From NCBI GenBank assembly GCA_045645665.1, contig JAZRJF010000089.1:12254-76253 (forward strand): a stretch of DNA of 64,000 nucleotides, in the 5' to 3' direction. Shown here in pieces: positions 10,313 through 18,059 of this stretch; positions within the stretch are counted from its first letter, which is position 1, and each line of letters starts with the position of its first letter. Source of the stretch: Lachnospiraceae bacterium. Its GTDB lineage: Bacteria > Bacillota > Clostridia > Lachnospirales > Lachnospiraceae. The position numbers and the translations under genes were made by a program. The notes beneath the pieces are model-generated. The model did no database searches. It saw only the letters and a program-made list of their open reading frames with translations, and had not been told where the DNA came from.

Positions 10313-10386
10313 CGAGGCGTGGCTCAGTTTGGTAGAGCACTGTGTTAGGGACGCAGGGGTCGCGTGTTCAAGTCACGTCGCCTCGA
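10313..10386 (+). tRNA. tRNA-Pro with anticodon AGG (A34), a close paralog of the tRNA at 10116
   Basis: Same acceptor, D and T stems as tRNA-Pro(CGG), differing at 6 of 74 positions. The anticodon loop reads TTAGGGA, so positions 34-36 are AGG. Confidence 0.8.
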
Positions 10387-10391
10387 TTCGA

Positions 10392-10420
10392 AGAGAGAAA
10401 CTTTGTTTCTCTCTTTTTTT
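10392..10420 (+). terminator. Rho-independent terminator of the tRNA cluster
   Basis: Stem AGAGAGAAA/TTTCTCTCT with a 5-nt loop, followed by TTTTTT. Confidence 0.8.
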
Positions 10421-10723
10421 GTTTTCTTGACGAATACGCCTTGAGTGCTCGCCTCGCTTGTGCATTTTTGATTAGGAAAACTGCTCAAAAACAGCCCCTG
10501 CTTTTCTCTCACCGTGGCTTTCATTTTGCCTTGCATTTTGCAAAATGCACTGCTAGAATCGAAGTTGCCGAAAGTCACGGCAACTCTTTTTTGTCTTGAT
10601 GTCTCAATACAAATCCGGACTCTGTACTCACAGAGAATATTCACAGATACCAAACAGCGCGCAGAAAAAGAGCAATTACATACTGAAAAGAAAGGACGAA
10701 CCAAGGGGTTCGTGGGTCAAGCA

Positions 10724-11707
10724 ATGAACAATAGTGAACACTATCGCGCATTTTGCGAAGCCGTGCGCGAAACCGTTATGCAGCGAATGGGTGCTGACTT
10801 TGAAGTCTCGCTCCATCCCGTTGTAAAGAACAACAATGTAAAGCTCGACAGTCTCATCATTCGAAAGCACAATGCGGTCGTGATGCCGTCCATCTACCTC
10901 AATTCCTTCTTCGAGGAATTTTGCGAGGGCAAGGAGATGGAGGACATCATTAAGGAGATTTTGCAGCTTTACGAGGAGCATCACGAGCAATGTCAGGAGG
11001 ACATATCCTTTGCCTTTGAGGATATCAAGCAGCATGTATTCTTCCGCTTGGTGAACAAACCTCGCAACAAAGAGCTCCTCGACACACTTCCTCATATCGA
11101 TCTCGGAGACTTGGCGATTACGTTTCATTTTCTCGTCTTTAACGGCGGAAAGCGCATGGGGACCGTACGTATTACCTGGGAGCATTGTGCGATTTGGGAG
11201 ACGAGCTTTTCCGAGCTGATGGAGTTGGCGGCGAAGAACACAAGCAAGCTTGTGGAGCCTACTATACGCTCTATGGAGTCGGTCATCGAAGATATTCTTT
11301 GGGATAGTGTACGCAATTGCCCGAGTGGCGATCTCAAAGGCAATCCCGAGGAGCAGATCGACGAGATTCTCAATCTGCTGTTGCATCGAAAGGACCACGA
11401 AGGTGTGCCGATGCATGTGCTTTCTAACACCGTCAGCAACCACGGTGCATCCTCTTTGCTCGCCGTCCCGTTCCTTGACCGCTTCCGCGAGGAGCTCGGC
11501 GAGGACTTCTTCATCCTGCCCTCGAGTATTCATGAAGCCATTCTCGTCCCTCAGAGCAAGGCTCCGAACAGGGAACGATTGTGCGAGATGGTAACCGAAA
11601 TCAACGGCACGCAGGTGCCCGAGCAAGAGTATCTGTCGGACAACGTATATCTGTACTCCGAGTTCCGAGCACTGCTTCCGGAGAAGCTGGTCGCAATGAT
11701 ACAGTAG
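10724..11707 (+). CDS. Hypothetical protein, DUF5688-like (assigned from memory of the family, unverified)
   Basis: Start proposed at ATG 10724 (MNNSEHYRAFCEAVRETVMQRMG...). The pattern ...VKNNNVKLDSLIIRKHNAVVMPSIYLNSFFEEF...IKEILQLYEEH resembles clostridial DUF5688 proteins. The antisense 382-aa ORF has no recognisable features. Confidence 0.55.
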   Translation: MNNSEHYRAFCEAVRETVMQRMGADFEVSLHPVVKNNNVKLDSLIIRKHNAVVMPSIYLNSFFEEFCEGKEMEDIIKEILQLYEEHHEQCQEDISFAFEDIKQHVFFRLVNKPRNKELLDTLPHIDLGDLAITFHFLVFNGGKRMGTVRITWEHCAIWETSFSELMELAAKNTSKLVEPTIRSMESVIEDILWDSVRNCPSGDLKGNPEEQIDEILNLLLHRKDHEGVPMHVLSNTVSNHGASSLLAVPFLDRFREELGEDFFILPSSIHEAILVPQSKAPNRERLCEMVTEINGTQVPEQEYLSDNVYLYSEFRALLPEKLVAMIQ

Positions 11708-11813
11708 CATGGGCTCTGCCCTCTCACAATGAGCTTGTGCTTGCACAAGCTCTGCGCGCGAGCGGGTCGCGCAGCGACTCCTTCCTTGCCGCGAGCTGCG
11801 CATATGGAAGGTA

Positions 11814-11880
11814 CTTTTTTTCATGGGCGGAGCCCATGAAAAAAAGACCTACCGTGCACATAACATTGCTCGGTAGGTCT
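11814..11880. terminator. Two adjacent hairpins forming a bidirectional terminator region
   Basis: The first hairpin is T7-CATGGGC-GGA-GCCCATG-A7 (11814..11845). The second is AGACCTACC...GGTAGGTCT (11846..11880). On the minus strand the second is followed by the T-run, so it would terminate tRNA-Arg. On the plus strand the first would terminate the 10724..11707 gene. Confidence 0.7.
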
Positions 11881-11882
11881 CA

Positions 11883-11955
11883 TGCACCTGAAGGGATTCG
11901 AACCCCCGACCATTGGCTTCGGAAGCCACTACTCTATCCACTGAGCTACAGGTGC
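11883..11955 (-). tRNA. tRNA-Arg (anticodon CCG)
   Basis: The reverse complement folds as GCACCTG-TA-GCTCAGTGGATAGAGT-..-TGGC-TTCCGAA-GCCA-..-GGGGG-TTCGAAT-CCCTT-CAGGTGC. The anticodon loop is TTCCGAA. Confidence 0.9.
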
Positions 11956-12123
11956 GCATTCAAAAAGCTCGGCTGATAATACCGACTTTTCTTCCGTCGT
12001 CATTATAGCATAATTTCAAAATTGTTCAATAGGCAAGTTGAAATTCTCGCCTGCCAGAATAGGCGGACAGTCGTTACCAACGAGCATTTTACAACATCAT
12101 TTTTCAAGGAGGTAATCACATTC

Positions 12124-13728
12124 ATGAAGAACTCGAAGCGGCTGCTTTCCCTGTTTGTGACCATGGCGCTCCTCGTCGGCCTCGGCACGGGACACATCCC
12201 GCAAGTCCGGTCGGCGTCGAATACCACACAGGAATTTGTAGACGCCTTCCTCGCGGAATGCTTGGCAAAGCTGGGGCGCGGGTACTCTCCCGACAACGAA
12301 GGCGGCGGCCATTCCTGGACCCCCGATGTCGGGCGCTATAACTGCTCCGGCTTAGTGGCAAGTTCTTTGGAAGCGCTGGGTATGCCGTGTCCCGGTCTTC
12401 AGCAAGATGCGAGGTGGGACTGGGACGTCTGGGGCAAGACCGCGGACTGGAAAAGCTGGTTTTCTTCCAAATCAAACGGACAGACCGTTTCGTTTACACT
12501 CGCAAACGGAAACACCGTGCAGTACACCGTCAGAAAACCGACGAGCTCTACACCGTATCTAACGTACGACTCAAACGGCAACTGGAACGGCTATACGACC
12601 GAAGGACTGAAATATCTTTCGATACCGGGCACCATCATCATAAAGATGAACAGCTCACAATCCAGCGGCCATATGACGGTTTCTCTCGGACAATATCAAG
12701 TCTCCGGCATCTCGCTTTCGGGAAATGCATCAGCCATTGCTTCTCGTATTCCTCGAATCGAGGATCACGTTCGCCAATCATTAACCGCGCGTTATTCCGA
12801 CGGTGTGAAGGCTTCAACGTATGCCTCGAGTCCGTACTGTCTGTCCAAAAGCCTATCTCAGCTCTTAGCCGAAGGCGGCACGAAGAACGTGTACGGTCAT
12901 GAGGCGGTATGGGAGTATCGAACGCGAAGCGATTTTGCTTCTAAAACAGTGTACAATCCCATATGGCAGATTGATAGCTTGAACACCACTGCCGGCGTTA
13001 CCGTCAACAACAATCCATACGGCAAGGACACTACGGGTGCCATCTACGGTCTACTTGTACCGGATGTCCCGACTCAAAATCTGTACGGAAGCGTTGCCGT
13101 CAAAAAGGTCGATTCCTTCGGCAACACTCTCTCCGGAATTCAGTTCGGTCTGTTTTCTTACAATGACGGTGCCTACACTATCGTTAGAAATGCATTTACA
13201 GGCGCTGACGGCACGGTAACGTTCGACGGAGAAGGCTTGAAGCTAAAACAAGGGGAAACCTACTACGTCAAAGAGCTTTCGGGCAAGCACGGCTACCATA
13301 CCGACCTACAGACGTATAAGCCGGTCACGATCGGTCCCGGCACGACCTTCGTCGGAGTCGACTCCGTCTGGGTCAATGACAACTGGACAGGAAGTCTTGA
13401 GATTACTAAGACGTCAACCGGTTCGAGCACACCTCTGTCCGGCGCGGAATTTACGGTGTATCAATATGACGCAACAACGAATTCCTACAGCAAGTATGCA
13501 ATCATGCCGTATGAAGACGGTATCTATTGTATCCCCGACCTTCCCTACACAGAAACCAACCAAGGAAAATATCGCGTTGTGGAGACCGCACCGCCACCCG
13601 GCTTCGAGCTTGTCGAGAACGGCTGGAGTCGTGACTTCACGATTGGGGCGGCCGATCAAGCATTTTCCTATAGCGTCGAAAATGCCCCGGCTAAGGGTAA
13701 GGTCATCGTGAAAAAGCTTGCGCGCTAG
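12124..13728 (+). CDS. Secreted protein: papain-like (NlpC/P60- or CHAP-like) Cys/His domain followed by two SpaA/Cna-B-type (prealbumin-fold) domains
   Basis: Start at ATG 12124 behind AAGGAGG. Signal peptide MKNSKRLLSLFVTMALLVGLGTG. The candidate catalytic Cys is in RYNCSGLVASS and the His in SSGHMTVSLG. Two domains follow the pattern G-S-(V/L)-x-(V/I)-x-K...G(A/I)xFxL(F/Y)...Y..(K/V)E...P.G(Y/F). No sorting signal is present. Confidence 0.75.
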   Translation: MKNSKRLLSLFVTMALLVGLGTGHIPQVRSASNTTQEFVDAFLAECLAKLGRGYSPDNEGGGHSWTPDVGRYNCSGLVASSLEALGMPCPGLQQDARWDWDVWGKTADWKSWFSSKSNGQTVSFTLANGNTVQYTVRKPTSSTPYLTYDSNGNWNGYTTEGLKYLSIPGTIIIKMNSSQSSGHMTVSLGQYQVSGISLSGNASAIASRIPRIEDHVRQSLTARYSDGVKASTYASSPYCLSKSLSQLLAEGGTKNVYGHEAVWEYRTRSDFASKTVYNPIWQIDSLNTTAGVTVNNNPYGKDTTGAIYGLLVPDVPTQNLYGSVAVKKVDSFGNTLSGIQFGLFSYNDGAYTIVRNAFTGADGTVTFDGEGLKLKQGETYYVKELSGKHGYHTDLQTYKPVTIGPGTTFVGVDSVWVNDNWTGSLEITKTSTGSSTPLSGAEFTVYQYDATTNSYSKYAIMPYEDGIYCIPDLPYTETNQGKYRVVETAPPPGFELVENGWSRDFTIGAADQAFSYSVENAPAKGKVIVKKLAR

Positions 13729-13807
13729 TGCCTATTCTTTTCGTATTCCGATTCAGAATACATCTACCATTCTACAATTCTATTAATCCAAAGGAGAATC
13801 TACAAAA

Positions 13808-15202
13808 ATGAAACACTTACGTTTTCTTTCCCTTATTCTCGCAGGACTCCTGTTCTGCGCCCTGTTTCCTCTTGCCCTTGCGGCAAATGACGACGAAGTA
13901 GATGCATTGCCTTCTACAGCTACTCTGCCCGGCTCTACCGTCTCCGACGAACCATCCGAAAAAAGAACCACACGTTCTTCTAGCGGTTCCGAAGACGGAA
14001 CAGAGTATACTATCGTAGACTACCACGTAAGCGGCCAGGCTCTCGCCGGAGCACGACTTCAGTTGCTTGACAAGACCGGCAAGGTCATTCAGGAATGGAC
14101 TACCGACGGTACAGATTATGAAATTAACGCCGTCCTAATCGCCGGAGAGACGTACACCTTGCATGAAGTATCCGCTCCGGCCGGCTACGTCTTGGCAGAC
14201 GATATTACATTTACCGTGTCGTTAGACGGTTCCGTTGACGAGATTGTCATGGAGGACGATACAACGAAGGTGCAATTTTCAAAGGTATCGGCGTTAGACG
14301 GCACGCACATTCCCGGCGCCCTGCTTCAAATCCTTGACGCAGACGGCGAAATCGTATACGAATGGACAACGGATGGAACCGTGCTTCATCTGGAAGCCCT
14401 ACTTGTGGCCGGTGCCACCTATACATTACACGAAGCCGCTTCTCCTTCCGGCTATGTCGTATCCGAGGACATTCCCTTTACCGTATCCACAGATGGCTCC
14501 GTTGACAAGGTTGAGATGAAGGATGGCCACACCAGAGTTGAGATTTCCAAGCTTTCCGGTTTGGATGGTTCACTGCTTCCCGGTGCTGTATTGCAGCTCC
14601 TCGATAAGGACGGAACTGTCATCGACGAATGGACAACCACAAATGAAGTTCACTGTTTGGAGGCTATTCTTGTTGCCGGTGAGACGTACATCTTGCACGA
14701 AGTGTCCGCTCCGGCAGGCTATTTGGTTGCGGAAGATATCGAATTCACCGTATCCAGCAACGGCGAGGTAGACAAGCTCGTGATGACCGATATGTACACC
14801 AAGGTAAGCATTAAGAAGGTTTCCAAATCCGATAACGAGCCGCTTGCCGGTGCCACCTTGCAGGTAACGACCAGCTCCGGAAAAGTAATTGAAGAATGGA
14901 TAAGCGACGGCTCTGTTCATGAGCTAAATGCAACCTTGACCGCCGGGGATTCCTACATTCTCAAAGAGGTAAAGGCTCCAGCCGGCTACTACCTTGCAGA
15001 CCCGGTAGAATTCACCGCACCTACCGATGCGAAAAATAAGGAGATAACACTGGCAAACCAGGTTGTTATGGCCGTATTGGCAACCGGCGACACCGGTAGC
15101 TTCGCACTTTGGATCGGTGGAATCGTACTCTCCGGACTGGTACTTACGACCACTCTCCTGCTTCGCCGCAGAGCTCGCCGCCGCTTGACGATGCGCAACT
15201 GA
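13808..15202 (+). CDS. Cell-wall-anchored surface protein with four tandem SpaA/Cna-B-type domains and an LPXTG-like sorting signal
   Basis: AAAGGAGAA RBS and signal peptide MKHLRFLSLILAGLLFCALFPLALA. There are four ~88-aa repeats (..GA.LQ.LD..G.VI.EWTT.G....L.A.L.AGETY.LHEVSAPAGY....DI.FTVS.DGSVD...M.D..T.V). The C-terminus is VLATG + hydrophobic stretch + RRRARRR. Confidence 0.85.
   Translation: MKHLRFLSLILAGLLFCALFPLALAANDDEVDALPSTATLPGSTVSDEPSEKRTTRSSSGSEDGTEYTIVDYHVSGQALAGARLQLLDKTGKVIQEWTTDGTDYEINAVLIAGETYTLHEVSAPAGYVLADDITFTVSLDGSVDEIVMEDDTTKVQFSKVSALDGTHIPGALLQILDADGEIVYEWTTDGTVLHLEALLVAGATYTLHEAASPSGYVVSEDIPFTVSTDGSVDKVEMKDGHTRVEISKLSGLDGSLLPGAVLQLLDKDGTVIDEWTTTNEVHCLEAILVAGETYILHEVSAPAGYLVAEDIEFTVSSNGEVDKLVMTDMYTKVSIKKVSKSDNEPLAGATLQVTTSSGKVIEEWISDGSVHELNATLTAGDSYILKEVKAPAGYYLADPVEFTAPTDAKNKEITLANQVVMAVLATGDTGSFALWIGGIVLSGLVLTTTLLLRRRARRRLTMRN
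14003..15061 (+). repeat. Four in-frame tandem coding repeats of about 265 nt (88-89 aa each)
   Basis: Repeat boundaries read from the protein at roughly aa 66-152, 153-241, 242-329 and 330-418 of the 13808..15202 product. Confidence 0.8.
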
Positions 15203-15288
15203 TATCCAAAGACAACTTCACCACATTTTCACGACGCTGTACGCATACGATGATTCGCACTGTACGCTACGGCCGGCACAACACAAAA

Positions 15289-15323
15289 GGGGAGGTGCCA
15301 GGATCGATTCCTGACACCTCCCC
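15289..15323. terminator. Hairpin between convergent genes (surface protein / htpG)
   Basis: GGGGAGGTG-17 nt-CACCTCCCC, preceded by AAAA on the plus strand. Confidence 0.65.
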
Positions 15324-15400
15324 GGTGTATTATTCGGTTACGTTCCAAACGCTCATTAGGCGCGTCATAATGCCGCATTCTCGGCAAACGGACCGTCGGT

Positions 15401-17326
15401 TTACTGAATCAACAAGCTCATAATGGCATTGCTACGTTCCATAAACCTTGTCATCGCTTCAGGCTCCAGCGGCTTGTGCGCAAGCATCGCAAGGTCGAAC
15501 AGCTGGCAACAAAGCATCTCGGTATGTTCGCCGTCGGTATTGTCACATACGTACTTCACAAGTGGATGGTTTGCATTGAGTACAAGCGTCACATCGTTTC
15601 CGAACTCCATGCCGCTCATTCCGTACATCCTCATCATCTCCTGCATACGGCGAGTCTCCTCGGACAGCGTAATGACGGCGGAGATGTTACTGTTCTTCAG
15701 CTTCTCGACACGAACCTCAAGCTTCTCATCACCAAGTGCCTTACGGAACAGATCGGTCAGAGTGTCTTTTTGAGACTGAAGGTCTTCGCCATCTTCATCC
15801 TTAAAGGTATCCGTAAGCTCTGCGTCGATGCGCTGGAAACGCACGGTCTCATTTTCCTGCTCAAGCTGTGTGATGAACGGCTGATCGATATTGTGCGTCA
15901 TAATGAGCGCATCGAGACCAGCCTCCTTGAACATATTGATATACTGGCTCTGCTGCTTCTCATCTGTCACATAATATACAACATCCTTTTTCGGTGTCTC
16001 GGACGCTTCTTCGTCTCCCTGCTTCTTCGCCTTCGCTGCTTCGATATACTCAGGCAGAGTCACGTACTTACCGTCCAAATTCTTGTAGATGATATAGTCC
16101 TTCATCTTGTCGCGGAACTTGTTGTCCTTGAGGCAGCCGAACTTGATAAACGGACAGATGTCGTCCCAGCAAGCCTCGTAACTCTCGCGGTCTACCTTGT
16201 ACATTCCGGACAGCTTATCCGCAACCTTCTTGGAAATATAGTCGCTGATCTTCTTAACAAAGCCATCGTTCTGCAATGCACTACGGGACACATTGAGCGG
16301 AATATCCGGGCAGTCGATAACACCCTTCAAAAGCATCAAAAACTCCGGAATCACTTCCTTGATGTTGTCCGCGATAAACACCTGGTTGTTGTACAGCTTA
16401 ATCGTTCCTTCAAGGCTATCGTACTCTGTGTTGATCTTCGGGAAATACAAGATTCCTTTCAAGTTGAACGGATAGTCCATATTCAGATGAATCCAGAACA
16501 GCGGCTCCTTGTAATCGAGGAACACATCACGATAAAACTGCTTATACTCCTCCTCAGTGCACTCGCTCGGATTGTGAAGGAACAACGGATTCACTTCGTT
16601 GATCGGCTTCGGCGCATCGTCCTTCACCTCAGAAGCCGTTCCGTCCTCAGATACCTCTGCGTCCACGGTCTCCGTCTTCTTCTCCACAGGCTTCGTCTCG
16701 TCCTCAAAATAAATCGGCACCGGCATGAACGAACAGTACTTATTCAAAACTTCCTTTATGCGATATTCATTCGAAAATTCGTAGCTGTCTTCGTTAAGAT
16801 AAAGCGTAATCGCCGTACCACGTTCTGTACGATCGCTGTCGCTCATCTCATATTCCATGCCCTCCTCGGACTCCCAATGCACAGCGGCAGCTCCCTCTCG
16901 ATACGAAAGTGTATCAATCGTCACCTTATGCGCTACCATAAATGCACTATAGAAGCCAAGTCCGAAGTGACCGATAATCTGGTCCTCATTTGCCTTGTCT
17001 TTATATCTTTCCAAGAAATCAGTTGCTCCGGAAAATGCAATCTGATTAATGTACTCCTTCACTTCTTCCGCGGTCATACCGATACCGTTATCGATAAACG
17101 TCAGCGTCTTCTCCTCGGGATTCGTACGGATTGTAATATTCCACGCATTGTCCTCCGGCAGCTCCGCTTCCCCGATGAGTGCAAGCTTCTTCAGCTTAGT
17201 TACCGCATCACAGCCGTTCGAAACCAGCTCTCGCACAAAAATATCGTGGTCCGAATACAACCACTTCTTAATAATCGGAAATATGTTTTCCGAATTGATG
17301 GATAGATTTCCTTGCTCCATAGTCAT
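15401..17326 (-). CDS. htpG: Molecular chaperone HtpG (Hsp90)
   Basis: 641 aa. The N-terminal GHKL ATPase reads IFVRELVSNGCDA and DNGIGMT, and the length and architecture are typical. AAGGAGAG RBS. Confidence 0.95.
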   Translation of the reverse strand: MTMEQGNLSINSENIFPIIKKWLYSDHDIFVRELVSNGCDAVTKLKKLALIGEAELPEDNAWNITIRTNPEEKTLTFIDNGIGMTAEEVKEYINQIAFSGATDFLERYKDKANEDQIIGHFGLGFYSAFMVAHKVTIDTLSYREGAAAVHWESEEGMEYEMSDSDRTERGTAITLYLNEDSYEFSNEYRIKEVLNKYCSFMPVPIYFEDETKPVEKKTETVDAEVSEDGTASEVKDDAPKPINEVNPLFLHNPSECTEEEYKQFYRDVFLDYKEPLFWIHLNMDYPFNLKGILYFPKINTEYDSLEGTIKLYNNQVFIADNIKEVIPEFLMLLKGVIDCPDIPLNVSRSALQNDGFVKKISDYISKKVADKLSGMYKVDRESYEACWDDICPFIKFGCLKDNKFRDKMKDYIIYKNLDGKYVTLPEYIEAAKAKKQGDEEASETPKKDVVYYVTDEKQQSQYINMFKEAGLDALIMTHNIDQPFITQLEQENETVRFQRIDAELTDTFKDEDGEDLQSQKDTLTDLFRKALGDEKLEVRVEKLKNSNISAVITLSEETRRMQEMMRMYGMSGMEFGNDVTLVLNANHPLVKYVCDNTDGEHTEMLCCQLFDLAMLAHKPLEPEAMTRFMERSNAIMSLLIQ

Positions 17327-17441
17327 ATCTCATCTCTCCTTACGTTCTCTATTCTACAGCCATTCGCTGCCCATCCTCGCAATTTGCTTTATTGCTATGC
17401 CACCTAGTATACGCCTTCGCAAGTCGAATGTCAACACAAAA

Positions 17442-17468
17442 TTAGCACTCACTTACCAAGAGTGCTAA
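17442..17468. promoter_or_regulatory. CIRCE operator (HrcA binding site) upstream of htpG
   Basis: TTAGCACTC-ACTTACCAA-GAGTGCTAA is a perfect match to the consensus TTAGCACTC-N9-GAGTGCTAA. It lies 116 nt upstream of the htpG start. Confidence 0.9.
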
Positions 17469-17643
17469 CAAGGTCGTTGAAAGCATATTCCACCTTGCAT
17501 TTCACTCCTGCTTCGTATAACTTGCAGTAGCAAAATCCATACTAAATTCGAACCGTTGACGCAATCTTGTCGACGATTCCAATAATGATTGCGTACTGTT
17601 CGTTGTGCTTGACGCTCGGACAGTGCAGAAATGGAGACCTATT

Positions 17644-17838
17644 ATGAGAGACAGCAAAAAGATGTACGAAGAGGTTGCCGTAAGATGTAGTGCCTACGCT
17701 CCTAAGGACGGTGGTAGCAAGAACTCCATGTCCGAGTCGAAGGTGTCCTGTGCAACCTGCAAGCATTTTACCAGAGAGGAGTACTGCGACATCGATCTTT
17801 ACGACGCAATCGTAGAGAATCACAAGCTGAAGCAGTAA
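17644..17838 (+). CDS. Small hypothetical protein (64 aa) with a C-x2-C-x8-C motif
   Basis: ATG at 17644 preceded by GGAG (17633..17636). The product is MRDSKKMYEEVAVRCSAYAPKDGGSKNSMSESKVSCATCKHFTREEYCDIDLYDAIVENHKLKQ. A hairpin terminator follows downstream. Support is coding potential and signals only. Confidence 0.45.
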   Translation: MRDSKKMYEEVAVRCSAYAPKDGGSKNSMSESKVSCATCKHFTREEYCDIDLYDAIVENHKLKQ

Positions 17839-17965
17839 TCCAACACTCCTTGTGAAGGTGCCCGGAGCGGATTGCGACACGATGTTCTACATTAGTAGTC
17901 CCAAGTGTTTATGCACTTTGTGTCACATCTGACGTCACATCAGAGCGGCATTATCTACAAGGCCG

Positions 17966-18010
17966 AAAAAATGACCTTCCCAAGGGTTCGTCTCTTAGGA
18001 AGGTCATTTT
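17966..18010. terminator. Bidirectional hairpin terminator
   Basis: AAAAATGACCTTCC-17 nt-GGAAGGTCATTTT, with A/T runs on both sides. It sits between the small + ORF and the convergent TraX-like gene. Confidence 0.7.
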
Positions 18011-18059
18011 GCATACTTTTTCATTTCATCTTCAGCCCGTGAGCCACATCCGATTCGAA

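Noticed and set aside
10676-11824. 382-aa ORF on the minus strand
   Set aside because: It is antisense to the DUF5688-like ORF and extends through the terminator hairpin at 11814..11845. It has no motif or RBS. Of the two frames, the plus-strand one has the family-like pattern, although that call itself is only moderate.
15476-17305. 609-aa ORF on the plus strand
   Set aside because: Antisense shadow of htpG. The same reasoning applies to 20652..22379 (ABC-F), 23907..24956 (GSIII), 29957..31468 (mutY/ABC), 35812..36963 (lysA), 45785..47458 (clpB), 59693..60874 (uvrA) and 62791..63840 (uvrB).
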